Shown: one piece after another, positions 55,564-64,000 of the stretch
Numbering within the stretch: the first letter of the stretch is position 1
Layout: each line of letters starts with the position of its first letter
Virus record (IMG/VR): IMGVR_UViG_3300012156_000175
DNA length: 64,000 bases
Direction: 5' to 3' (one strand)
DNA from: a virus
Lineage: Duplodnaviria > Heunggongvirae > Uroviricota > Caudoviricetes
Made by a program: the position numbers and the translations under genes
Notes under the pieces: generated by a model
Told to the model about the DNA's origin: nothing
What the model saw: the letters and a program-made list of their open reading frames with translations, nothing else
The model's database searches: none

Positions 55564-55635
55564 GTGGCCGTGGCTCAATGGTACAGCAGCGGATTGTGGA
55601 TCCGCCAATTGAGGGTTCAAATCCCTTCGGCCACC
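55564..55635 (+). tRNA. tRNA-His (GTG), no genomically encoded G-1
   Basis: Perfect acceptor GTGGCCG/CGGCCAC with discriminator C73. Anticodon stem-loop GCGGA-TTGTGGA-TCCGC. T-arm GAGGG-TTCAAAT-CCCTT. The base preceding position 1 is T. Confidence 0.7.
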
Positions 55636-55766
55636 TGAATTGTTTAAAAGATGATTATTTGATTTCTTACATTTAAACCACCTAATTATAGTGGTTTTGT
55701 TTTTTTTGTCTAAATTAATCACATACTAAAAGAGATAAAAAAGCTTATAGGAGATTAAATATAAAT

Positions 55767-57062
55767 ATGAAAAATAAATCAAAAATCAAAAAAATAATAG
55801 CCGCTGTATTTCTGGCCTTTTTTGTTGTTGGAATGTTAATTGTTTACGCTGGTTATAAAAAAGTTGATAATACTGTGAAATTAGTAAACCAACAAGACAA
55901 AGAAATAGTAAAGAGTTTAGTTAATAGTAATATCTCCGAAACAACTAAGTCTAGACTAAAAGAAAACTGGACTGTTGCAATATTTGGAATTGATTCAAGA
56001 AAAATCTCGGATTTATCTGGCTCTAACTCTGATGTCATTATCCTTGCCTCTATTAATAATAAGACTGGTAATATAACATTAGTTTCAGTATATCGAGATA
56101 CTTGTTTAAAAACTGGTCAAAACCGATATAAGAAAGTGAATGAAGCCTATGCCATGGGTGGTCCTAAAAAGGCAATTGAAGTACTTAATGAAAATTTAGA
56201 TTTGGAAATTGATGATTATATAGCGGTTAACTGGTCAGCAGTAGCTACAACAATTAATATCTTAGGTGGGATAGATATTGACATAACAAATGAAGAACTT
56301 AAGTATATTAATAGCTATATAACAGAAACAGTTAACTGTACAGGCATCGGATCTGTTCAATTAAAAGAAAGTGGTATGCAACATCTGGATGGAGTACAAG
56401 CAGTTGCTTATTCCCGAATCCGTTATACATCAGGAAATGATTTCAAAAGAACAGAAAGACAAAGAGATATATTAACCGCATTGCTAAGCAAGGCAAAAAG
56501 AACTGATTGGGCAACACTAAATAATGTTATTGTAACAGTGTTTCCGACGATATCTTCTTCTATTGATACTGAAGATGTGATTGAAATGGCTATGAATCTC
56601 TTGAAATATAATTTTACTAAAAATTCTGGATTTCCTTTTAAACTATCTACAAGAAATGTGGATAAACAAGATTTTGTATTCCCGGATACTCTGGAAAATA
56701 ATGTTATGGAATTACATAGTTATATGTATGGCGTTGAAAATCATGAAGTATCAGATGCTGTTAAACTAATAAGCGTGAAAATTGAAGAAAAGCATAATGG
56801 GAAATTTAGTTATGAAAAGAAATCAGAATACATAGAAGAGACATATGCTGAAGTCAATGAAGCTGAATTTGAAACAGAACCGGAGCCGGAGATAATTTTA
56901 GAAATAGAAATAGAAACAGAAAAAATAACTGATGTAAATCCTGAAAATTATGGACCGGGTTATGTTATTCATGAGTCAAAAGCAGAACCAGAGATTACTA
57001 AAGAAGTAGATCTTGGGATAGAGACAGAGTCACTTACTATTGAGCCAGAAGCAGTTGAGTAA
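55767..57062 (+). CDS. LytR-CpsA-Psr (LCP) family cell-envelope phosphotransferase with an acidic repetitive C-terminus
   Basis: N-terminal TM segment. LCP core (DVIILASINNKTGNITLVSVYRDT…, AYSRIR, RTERQRDIL). C-terminal EPEPEIILEIEIETE tract. Confidence 0.75.
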   Translation: MKNKSKIKKIIAAVFLAFFVVGMLIVYAGYKKVDNTVKLVNQQDKEIVKSLVNSNISETTKSRLKENWTVAIFGIDSRKISDLSGSNSDVIILASINNKTGNITLVSVYRDTCLKTGQNRYKKVNEAYAMGGPKKAIEVLNENLDLEIDDYIAVNWSAVATTINILGGIDIDITNEELKYINSYITETVNCTGIGSVQLKESGMQHLDGVQAVAYSRIRYTSGNDFKRTERQRDILTALLSKAKRTDWATLNNVIVTVFPTISSSIDTEDVIEMAMNLLKYNFTKNSGFPFKLSTRNVDKQDFVFPDTLENNVMELHSYMYGVENHEVSDAVKLISVKIEEKHNGKFSYEKKSEYIEETYAEVNEAEFETEPEPEIILEIEIETEKITDVNPENYGPGYVIHESKAEPEITKEVDLGIETESLTIEPEAVE

Positions 57063-57275
57063 AAAGATTGGAATAACCAATCCTCTATGAACTTCCTCAC
57101 TAGGCTCGAAAAACACTAAAAAATAAGGATATTATTAAAAAGTATATTGCAATCTTAAAGGAAATAGCAAAAAAATGAAAGTATATTTTCATTAAATAAA
57201 GGGTCTTAGGCATAAGGCTCTTTTTTATTAAAAAATCCAACATAATAGTTAAAACAGAATTCAAGGAGAAAATAT

Positions 57276-58256
57276 ATGGAAAAAGAATTAAAAGAATTAG
57301 TAATTACATTTGAGAATTGTGAAGATATTGTAATTCCTAGAAATGCAATTGGAGAATTTTCAATTGATGGCATTCATACAATAGTAAAAAGAATCGCCAG
57401 CAATTCAATTAGTGAATATACGGTAGCGGATGAAATCATAATGGAAATATTTAAAGAAGGAAATCAAAAATATAGACCTTTTGGTGGTCTTGAAGAAAAT
57501 GAAACACTGACAAGGCTCTCGGAATATAAGGACATAACATCTATTACTGTAAAATTTACAGATCAAACAGAAGAAATCTTTTGGGTATGTTATGATGAAG
57601 GAGATAAAGAAGGTGTTTTAGGTGCTGAGAATATAAATGAAGATATTTATACTTCAGAATTAGGGAATATATATATCGTAATCTCCAATAAAGTGAAAAA
57701 GGTAATTGACTGTTTTGATTTAGAGCACATTAACAATAAAGACGCTATTGATTTTGAAAAAGACATGTATGGTATTGGTGTGGAAGAATCGGAAATAGTC
57801 AGTCTTTCTGATAACGAGCTTCCTGATCTTTACCGATATGTTTATTTATTCTTCCAAAATGATGATCAGACGTTAGCGGTAAGAGTAGAAGACCTTGACT
57901 CCGGATGGAAATGGATTTGTCAAGACGAAGATCTTAAAGGTAAAATTCCAGTTTTTTGGAAGTATCCAAACAAAAAAATAAATAGCTTTATAATGGAAAC
58001 TGAAAAAAATGGGAAAATGGATATAGAAGAAATAAAAAGAAAACATACTGTGCACGATGATTACTATTGGCACACAGAAAGATGGAGTGATGGAGATTTA
58101 GAGGCAGCATTGGAAAATGCAGAATTTCCAGTTACAGATGAAAATATATGTAAATTGCGAGATTCATGTCATGATATCTTTAAAGATAAATCTGAACGAA
58201 ATGAAGCTATTGCGATGATCGTATCTGAGGTTTTTGGCGAGAATGAAAATGTGTGA
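57276..58256 (+). CDS. hypothetical acidic protein (326 aa)
   Basis: RBS AAGGAGAAAATAT precedes the ATG. Confidence 0.5.
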   Translation: MEKELKELVITFENCEDIVIPRNAIGEFSIDGIHTIVKRIASNSISEYTVADEIIMEIFKEGNQKYRPFGGLEENETLTRLSEYKDITSITVKFTDQTEEIFWVCYDEGDKEGVLGAENINEDIYTSELGNIYIVISNKVKKVIDCFDLEHINNKDAIDFEKDMYGIGVEESEIVSLSDNELPDLYRYVYLFFQNDDQTLAVRVEDLDSGWKWICQDEDLKGKIPVFWKYPNKKINSFIMETEKNGKMDIEEIKRKHTVHDDYYWHTERWSDGDLEAALENAEFPVTDENICKLRDSCHDIFKDKSERNEAIAMIVSEVFGENENV

Positions 58257-58332
58257 TGAAACAACTTGGACTGCTTAAGTTATGACATGTTTTTGGTGTA
58301 GGAAGATAATGAATCAAATGTTATTTTAATTT

Positions 58333-58356
58333 AAAAGGCTGAATAGCCTTTTTTGT
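58333..58356 (+). terminator. rho-independent terminator (AAAAGGCTGAATAGCCTTTT)
   Basis: Hairpin plus T-run, immediately upstream of the omega-RNA region. Confidence 0.55.
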
Positions 58357-58379
58357 TTTTGTAAAAACAATCATAATAT

Positions 58380-58700
58380 ACATGACAATAAAGAAAGGTA
58401 ATATTAAATGTCAATAACTCACTGCCTCTAGAGGCGAGAGCTTGTAAAAGCTTGATTGACTAGTCTAAGCCTGAGGAAACTCTTTGGATTTTCTTCGGAC
58501 TCCGTTATTTAAATCATGACACTCGTGGATGTCGTCCTAATCCACGACCCTGTCATCTGTGATTAAACAGTCTTTAGAGTAGGGACAGTGTTGCAGATGT
58601 AAAAAGTTTAAATAACATTGACGAAGGACACCTAACCGGAGGAACATTCTGTTTCTTTGGCATTATTTATTCAGTTAAATCAGAAAGGAGTACCTATGGT
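58380..58700 (+). ncRNA. putative IscB omega-RNA (structured guide RNA scaffold overlapping the iscB 5-prime end)
   Basis: About 300 nt of non-coding, relatively GC-rich, hairpin-rich sequence (GCCTCTAGAGGC, GTGGATGTCGTCCTAATCCAC) lies directly upstream of iscB. IscB loci are known to encode their omega-RNA here. Boundaries are not determinable by eye. Confidence 0.45.
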
Positions 58701-59988
58701 ATATGTCATAAATATGACCGGACAGCCACTTATGCCTACCTCAAGGTACGGCAAAGTAAAGCACCTTCTTAAGGAAGGCAAAGCTGTTGTAGTAAACCGC
58801 TGTCCATTCACGATTAAGTTAACGTATGAGAGCACAACTCATACTCAGGAGGTAACCCTGGGAGTTGATGCCGGCTCCAAAACAATCGGGCTGTCGGCAA
58901 CGACTCGGAACAAGGAATTGTATTCCTCTGAAGTAGAACTCCGTACCGATATAGTGGATTTGTTATCCACCAGAAGAACACTTAGACGGAGTCGAAGAAA
59001 CCGTAAAACCAGATATCGCAAGCCCAGGTTTCTAAACAGAGTCAGGAGCAAGAACAAGGGCTGGCTGGCACCATCTTTAGAGAACAAAATCAACAGTCAC
59101 TTAAAGGTAATAGAGGGAGTACACAAACTGCTTCCGATTACAAAGATAATTGTTGAAGTGGCCTCTTTTGATATTCAAAAGATTAAGAATCCCGAAGCGT
59201 CAGGAACTGATTACCAGCAGGGTGATATGCTTGGTTTCTGGAACGTAAGGGAGTATGTATTACACAGGGACGGACATGTCTGCCAGCACTGTAAGGGCAA
59301 GTCAAAAGATAAGATACTGAATGTGCATCATATAGAGTCAAGGAAGAACGGCGGAAATGCACCAAACAATCTGATCACGCTTTGTGAAACCTGCCATAAC
59401 GACTATCATAAGGGCAGGATTGAACTCAAAATGAAGCGAGGAGTTTCCTTTCGGGATGCAGCGTTTATGGGAATCATGAGATGGGCTTTTTATGAGCGGA
59501 TTAAGCTCTTGTATCCAGACGTTTCCCTAACCTATAGATATATCACAAAGCACACCCGTATTAAGAATAACATCCCAAAGACCCATTGTGCAGATGCATA
59601 CTGCATAACGAGTAATGTTGAAGCAAACTCAACTTGTCGAGGTTCGAACCACATCGCAGATGTGGTAACAAAGAGACTTGGATTTTACTACTACCAGAAA
59701 AAGGTACGCTGCCATAACCGTCAGCTGCATAAGATGAATCCGAAGAAGGATATCCGCAAGTTAAATCAAGCACCTAAGTACGTATTTGGGTATCAATTGT
59801 TTGATAAGGTGAAATACAAGAACCAAGAGGCATTTATATTTGGACGCAGAAGTACGGGATATTTCGACATCCGTAAACGGGATGGAACAAAGGTTCATGC
59901 GGGTATCAATCAAAAAGAATTAAAGTTATTAGAAACCAGGAAATCTTACTTAATAGAAAGGAGGCCGGCGATTTCTCTCACTACCTAA
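58696..59988 (+). CDS. iscB: IscB RNA-guided endonuclease (IS200/IS605-associated OMEGA nuclease with PLMP, RuvC-I/II/III and HNH)
   Basis: N-terminal MVYVINMTGQPLMPTSRYGKVKHLLKEGKA (PLMP domain). RuvC-I LGVDAGSKTIGLSA. Arg-rich bridge RRTLRRSRRNRKTRYRKPRF. HNH CQHC…NVHHIESRKNGGNAPNNLITLCETCHNDYH. RuvC-III HCADAY. The AAAGGAG RBS places the start at 58696. Confidence 0.85.
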   Translation: MVYVINMTGQPLMPTSRYGKVKHLLKEGKAVVVNRCPFTIKLTYESTTHTQEVTLGVDAGSKTIGLSATTRNKELYSSEVELRTDIVDLLSTRRTLRRSRRNRKTRYRKPRFLNRVRSKNKGWLAPSLENKINSHLKVIEGVHKLLPITKIIVEVASFDIQKIKNPEASGTDYQQGDMLGFWNVREYVLHRDGHVCQHCKGKSKDKILNVHHIESRKNGGNAPNNLITLCETCHNDYHKGRIELKMKRGVSFRDAAFMGIMRWAFYERIKLLYPDVSLTYRYITKHTRIKNNIPKTHCADAYCITSNVEANSTCRGSNHIADVVTKRLGFYYYQKKVRCHNRQLHKMNPKKDIRKLNQAPKYVFGYQLFDKVKYKNQEAFIFGRRSTGYFDIRKRDGTKVHAGINQKELKLLETRKSYLIERRPAISLTT

Positions 59989-60017
59989 GAGGTGGGAGTA
60001 TCTTCGCCTAATTTTTG

Positions 60018-61343
60018 ATGATAACATTATTGAATAACAAAAGAACTAGAAAAAAAATACTAGTAATAATAACTTTTTTGGTTTTTGTTAGAATTGGAAG
60101 TCTTATACCAGTACCAGGAGTTAATACAGATTTTATGAAAAATCTTGTTTCCGGATCTGAATTTCAATTCATAAACACCATTATGGGTAATTCCTTGTCT
60201 CACATGTCACTGTTTGCACTAAGTATAAGCCCATATATTACAGCATCAATTATTATTCAACTTATGACTTTAGTTTTGCCTAGGATAGAAGATCTTAGCA
60301 GAGAAGGAAAGTCAGGCCAAGAAAAATTACAAAAGATAATTAACTATACTGGAATAACAATAGGTTTCATTCAATCCTTGTGCATGGCTGTTGGATTTGG
60401 AATGAAGGGTTTGTTTATTACATATTCCCTACAATCAGTGTTATTAGCAACGTGTGTGTGGACAATGGGATCTGCCATACTCATTATACTAAGTGAAAAA
60501 ATAACTAAGCTTGACATGGGTAATGGAGTTTCCTATGTGTTAATGCTTAATATATTATCGGCCCTGTCTACCGATGTGATTGTTGTATTTGAAAGATTAT
60601 GTATAAATAACACAATGTTCCAAATTGTAGTATGTATATCAATTGTTGTTTTTGCATTTGCTCTATTAGTAGCAGTTAGTGTATTCTTGAATGTATCTGA
60701 AAAACGAATAGCCATTAAATTCTCAAGAAAACGTGCCAATGAAGAAATTGTTGATTATCTACCCATCCCAATGAATATTTGTAATGTTATGCCAGTTATA
60801 TTCACTGGAAGTATTTTGGGATTACTATCACTATTATCAGTATTAACGAATAATAATATTTTGAGAACTATATCAACCTATTTAACTCAAACAAATTGGT
60901 TTCAACTACATAACTTACAATATACAATAGGTGTATTTGTGTATATCGCTTTAGTATTTTACTTTGCTCATTTCTATTTGGATGTAACTTTCAACTCTGA
61001 TGAAATAGCCTATCGATTAAAACAACAAGGTGCTACAATTCCGGGAATTCGGCCAGGTATTACAACCGCTGAATATCTAAAAGAAAACGCAAATAAAATA
61101 ATGATTTTTGGTAATATAATTGTATTAGCAATCGTATTAGGAACTGTTTTTGTTTGTAACATATTAAACATTGGAATCCTTAGTGTTGGTGGAACCTCAA
61201 TGCTAATAGTAACAAATGTTGTTATTGATAATTATAAAAAAATAAAAGTAACTGCTCAAAGTATAAAAAGCAGTAGTTATGTTCGTACTAATAAAAAACA
61301 ATCATCTTTGTTCAGAGTGAAAGGAGTCAGACATGCTAAATAA
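60018..61343 (+). CDS. secY: SecY-family translocon subunit outside the ribosomal-protein operon (SecY2-like accessory SecY)
   Basis: LIPVPGVN and the ISPYITASIIIQLM SecY signature, with ten predicted TM segments. It is flanked by iscB and clpP, not by rplO/adk. Confidence 0.75.
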   Translation: MITLLNNKRTRKKILVIITFLVFVRIGSLIPVPGVNTDFMKNLVSGSEFQFINTIMGNSLSHMSLFALSISPYITASIIIQLMTLVLPRIEDLSREGKSGQEKLQKIINYTGITIGFIQSLCMAVGFGMKGLFITYSLQSVLLATCVWTMGSAILIILSEKITKLDMGNGVSYVLMLNILSALSTDVIVVFERLCINNTMFQIVVCISIVVFAFALLVAVSVFLNVSEKRIAIKFSRKRANEEIVDYLPIPMNICNVMPVIFTGSILGLLSLLSVLTNNNILRTISTYLTQTNWFQLHNLQYTIGVFVYIALVFYFAHFYLDVTFNSDEIAYRLKQQGATIPGIRPGITTAEYLKENANKIMIFGNIIVLAIVLGTVFVCNILNIGILSVGGTSMLIVTNVVIDNYKKIKVTAQSIKSSSYVRTNKKQSSLFRVKGVRHAK

Positions 61344-61485
61344 CTATTATATTCCGGATAAGAAAAAAATGATAAAAACGACATTATTAGTCTGCTTAGT
61401 TATAATAGGAGTCTCTGTCTTTGTCTTAGGCGTTGATTCAATCATTCTTAACGGATTGAGTTATATCTTAACAGTTGCTAAATAA
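61333..61485 (+). CDS. small single-TM protein (50 aa) translationally coupled to the SecY-like gene
   Basis: RBS AAGGAGTCAGAC precedes the ATG. It overlaps the secY stop by 11 nt. Hydrophobic core LLVCLVIIGVSVFVLGV. Confidence 0.35.
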   Translation: MLNNYYIPDKKKMIKTTLLVCLVIIGVSVFVLGVDSIILNGLSYILTVAK

Positions 61486-61516
61486 AAAAGAAGGCTTAGC
61501 CTTCTTTATTTTTTGG
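61486..61516. terminator. bidirectional terminator (AAAGAAGGCTTAGCCTTCTTT)
   Basis: Hairpin between convergent genes. Confidence 0.55.
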
Positions 61517-62087
61517 TAATAATAGTATCAATAAGCCCATACTCTTTGGCTTCTTCTGCTGTCATGTAGTAATCTCTTTCAGTATCATGACAAACTTTAT
61601 CATAAGGTTTGCCTGTATTAGCTGCTAAAATCTCATTCAACTTTTTCTTTGTCCGTAAGATCTTTTCGGCAACAATCTGAATTTCAGTCGCTTGTCCTCT
61701 GGCTCCACCAGAGGGCTGATGAATCATGACTTCAGCATTAGGAAGAGCAAATCGCTTACTTTTGGCTCCACCGGATAATAAAAATGCTCCCATGCTTGCT
61801 GCCATTCCCATGCAAATTGTTGAAACATCACATTTAATATAATTCATTGTATCATAAATTGCCATACCAGCCGTTACTGAGCCTCCAGGACTATTAATAT
61901 ATAGATAAATATCCTTGGAAGGATCAACTGACTCAAGGTAAAGTAACTGTGAGGTAATTACAGTAGCCATATCGTCGTTGACTTCTCCTGTTAGCATAAT
62001 GATTCGGTCATTTAAAAGTCTTGAAAAGATATCATATGACCGTTCTCCCTGGGCTGTTCTTTCTACAACATAAGGTACCAAATTCAT
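61506..62087 (-). CDS. clpP: ATP-dependent Clp protease proteolytic subunit
   Basis: 193 aa. Ser-His-Asp triad context ([18 protein letters not shown]). Confidence 0.92.
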   Translation of the reverse strand: MNLVPYVVERTAQGERSYDIFSRLLNDRIIMLTGEVNDDMATVITSQLLYLESVDPSKDIYLYINSPGGSVTAGMAIYDTMNYIKCDVSTICMGMAASMGAFLLSGGAKSKRFALPNAEVMIHQPSGGARGQATEIQIVAEKILRTKKKLNEILAANTGKPYDKVCHDTERDYYMTAEEAKEYGLIDTIITKK

Positions 62088-62270
62088 TTTTTATTCTCCT
62101 TTTATTCTTTTTTGCATATTTATAATGGTAGAAAAGTAATTGTAATAATATTTAATAAAAATAAATATTTTTTCGATTATTACCATACAAAAAAAGTCAT
62201 TATTACATTGAATGCAAAGATAAAAAGAGTTTTGTTTATCTTTAGCAAATAACTAAAGGAGAATTTCACT

Positions 62271-62780
62271 ATGAAGGTTGCAATTACAGGAAAAAACATC
62301 ACGGTCACAGATGGCATGGAAGAGAGCATCATTAAACAGCTTGGGAAGTGTGAAAAATATCTGGGTCCAGATTCTAAAGTGAAAGTTCTAATACGAACTG
62401 TAAAAACTGATAAGATTATTGAGGTCACAGTTCCGGTATCAAAAGGAAAAGTAATTCGTGTAGAAAAACGGAGTGACGACTTCTATGAGGCAGTTAATTT
62501 AGTCGAAGAAGTTCTTACCAGAAAGCTACGAAAAGAAAAAGAAAAGAAACTGGATAAAAAGAGAATGGCTTTAAAAGAAACGTTAGAGGCAGTGTTAGAG
62601 CCGGCAATTAAGAGGAATAAAAGATTTAACATTGAAATGATGACACCAGATGAGGCTATTAGCGAAATGGAATCTCTAGACCATGATTTTCATCTATTTA
62701 TGAATATAGAAGATGGTACAGTTGGCGTGGTATACCGTAGAAAAGATGAAGGGTATGGTTTGTTATCGGCAAATTTGTAA
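62271..62780 (+). CDS. hpf: ribosome hibernation-promoting factor (long form)
   Basis: N-terminal ITGKNITVTDGMEESIIKQL (YfiA/HPF fold). The C-terminal extension domain is present. Confidence 0.85.
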   Translation: MKVAITGKNITVTDGMEESIIKQLGKCEKYLGPDSKVKVLIRTVKTDKIIEVTVPVSKGKVIRVEKRSDDFYEAVNLVEEVLTRKLRKEKEKKLDKKRMALKETLEAVLEPAIKRNKRFNIEMMTPDEAISEMESLDHDFHLFMNIEDGTVGVVYRRKDEGYGLLSANL

Positions 62781-62805
62781 GAGAGGTTTAACCTCTCTTT
62801 TTTAT
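62780..62805 (+). terminator. rho-independent terminator (AGAGAGGTTTAACCTCTCT)
   Basis: Hairpin plus T-run. Confidence 0.55.
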
Positions 62806-62856
62806 TATAAACTATTTCTTACATTATATTTTAAAAGATAAAGATGGAGAAAAATA

Positions 62857-63273
62857 ATGACAATTGAAAAATATTTTAATGAGACTCGTCAGGTCGCTAT
62901 CCATTCGGATTTTAATAACATACATATGGGTTGCATAGCTGTATATAAAGGAAGGATTATTGGAAGAGGATATAATTCACACAAAACACATCCCATGCAG
63001 ATGCATTACAACAAATACAGAATTAAAAACAATGATAATGAAGAGATAATGCTTCCCAAGGTTCATGCGGAAATTATGTGTTTAAATAGCATAAAAAATT
63101 TAGATATTGATTTCAAAAAAGTGAAAATATTTGTTTATAGAATCAGAAAAAGTCAGCCTTTTGGGATGGCCAGGCCTTGCCAAGCATGTATGCAGGCAAT
63201 TATTGAGTTGGGTATAAAGCAAATATATTACACTACGGATCACGGATATGCACAGGAAATAATTAATAGGTAA
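62857..63273 (+). CDS. cytidine/deoxycytidylate deaminase-family zinc enzyme (dCMP deaminase / ComEB-like)
   Basis: HAEIMCL … PCQACMQAI zinc-binding CDA signature. 138 aa. Confidence 0.65.
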   Translation: MTIEKYFNETRQVAIHSDFNNIHMGCIAVYKGRIIGRGYNSHKTHPMQMHYNKYRIKNNDNEEIMLPKVHAEIMCLNSIKNLDIDFKKVKIFVYRIRKSQPFGMARPCQACMQAIIELGIKQIYYTTDHGYAQEIINR

Positions 63274-63343
63274 GCAAGTTGATCAGTGCTAATATCAATC
63301 AAATCCTGTGTTTTAAAAAAAGTAAATAATAATGGAGGTTAAT

Positions 63344-63937
63344 ATGTATCCAGTTGACAACAAATCAAATGTGTTCTGGAAATGGAATGGACAGAAATTT
63401 ACATGTATGACAAAACAGGAATTTTTAAATAGCATTTATAACGAGTTTAAAAAAACTAGAGTTACTGTGTATTATAATGATCTAAAAGATTTTTTGGAGA
63501 AGAGTGACTTACAAACGAAAAACTACGATTGGAATATTTCTGGTAACGATAAGCTAATGCCAGAATATCTAAAAAAAATATCATATTATGATGGGTTTTT
63601 AAGAAGGATAAATCCAAGCGATTACATTTTTGAAGCGGCTAAAATGCATTTTTCAGATAAAACCGGTCAGTTCAAATATGTGAAAAGAGATTATAACGCA
63701 TACAGATATCGCTATGATCCAGTTCCACATACAAGGAAAATTAAAGGTGGACCATCAGGATCAAGACGATGCAGAGGGATTAAACGAATATTCCAAGCAG
63801 CAACAGATACTGAATATGGAAAATATGTTAGAAAGAAAGCAATTCCTTTTAATCTGGCACCATGGTATGACTGTGATGAAAAATCACATGATTATAAATC
63901 ATGGAAAAGTCAAAAAAAGGAAAAGCAATGGATGTAA
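63344..63937 (+). CDS. hypothetical basic protein
   Basis: RBS AATGGAGGTTAAT precedes the ATG. Confidence 0.5.
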   Translation: MYPVDNKSNVFWKWNGQKFTCMTKQEFLNSIYNEFKKTRVTVYYNDLKDFLEKSDLQTKNYDWNISGNDKLMPEYLKKISYYDGFLRRINPSDYIFEAAKMHFSDKTGQFKYVKRDYNAYRYRYDPVPHTRKIKGGPSGSRRCRGIKRIFQAATDTEYGKYVRKKAIPFNLAPWYDCDEKSHDYKSWKSQKKEKQWM

Positions 63938-63946
63938 GGAGAGAAC

Positions 63947-64000
63947 TATGAAGAAAAAAATATTAAGAAAAAAATTCAGTTATTATATTAATGAAATTAA
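63947..64000 (+). CDS. hypothetical protein, 3-prime partial at the window edge
   Basis: RBS TAAGGAGAGAACT precedes the ATG. The ORF runs off the window. Confidence 0.3.

Noticed and set aside
1-64000. CRISPR array search
   Set aside because: No run of regularly spaced direct repeats with unique spacers was found in any intergenic region. The only repeats are terminator hairpins, the 15-mer at 13236/13337 and the operon junction strings.

Overview
This is a low-GC (about 30% GC) Firmicutes-like (Clostridia/Erysipelotrichia-style) segment that reads as chromosomal DNA with several accessory islets. Recognisable housekeeping genes are RNase J, RarA, NAD-dependent DNA ligase LigA, HflK/HflC, a Macro-Sir2 fusion, Hsp20, a PTH2-family hydrolase, a UvrD/PcrA-family helicase, an L,D-transpeptidase, a short SecA (SecA2-like), pncA/pncB NAD salvage genes, an LCP-family protein, a SecY paralogue outside any ribosomal operon (SecY2-like), ClpP, HPF and a dCMP-deaminase-like protein. 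Two single tRNA genes (Gln-TTG, Met-CAT) and a 14-member tRNA array (54471..55635) are present. The array contains aberrant and degenerate members. Between the housekeeping genes lie about 45 small or unknown ORFs, many with strong RBSs, many Cys-rich (zinc-ribbon/TRASH-like). Mobile-element decay is evident. There is one apparently intact IscB (OMEGA RNA-guided nuclease with PLMP, RuvC and HNH motifs) with a ~300-nt upstream omega-RNA region at 58360..59988. A short IscB N-terminal relic with a related upstream RNA remnant sits at 4700..4897. A frameshifted VirD4/TraG-type coupling-protein remnant and a VirB4-like protein with a degenerate Walker A are also present. A 5-prime-3-prime exonuclease is interrupted by one in-frame TAA. 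No CRISPR array is present. The best candidates for something undescribed are listed next. First, a five-gene array of small, mostly acidic proteins (one Lar-family anti-restriction homologue) lies immediately downstream of, and co-directional with, the UvrD-like helicase, with nearly identical inter-cistronic junctions (TAAATTAATTTTCAAGAAAGGAG). Second, a ~550-nt GC-rich, hairpin-dense non-coding island (41215..41765) may be a large structured RNA. Third, a paralogous pair of FETNSSS-motif proteins flanks rarA, embedded among TRASH zinc-ribbon, HD-like and Fe-S/radical-SAM-like small genes. Fourth, the tRNA array is unusual. All functional assignments are from motif recognition by eye; no database searches were run.
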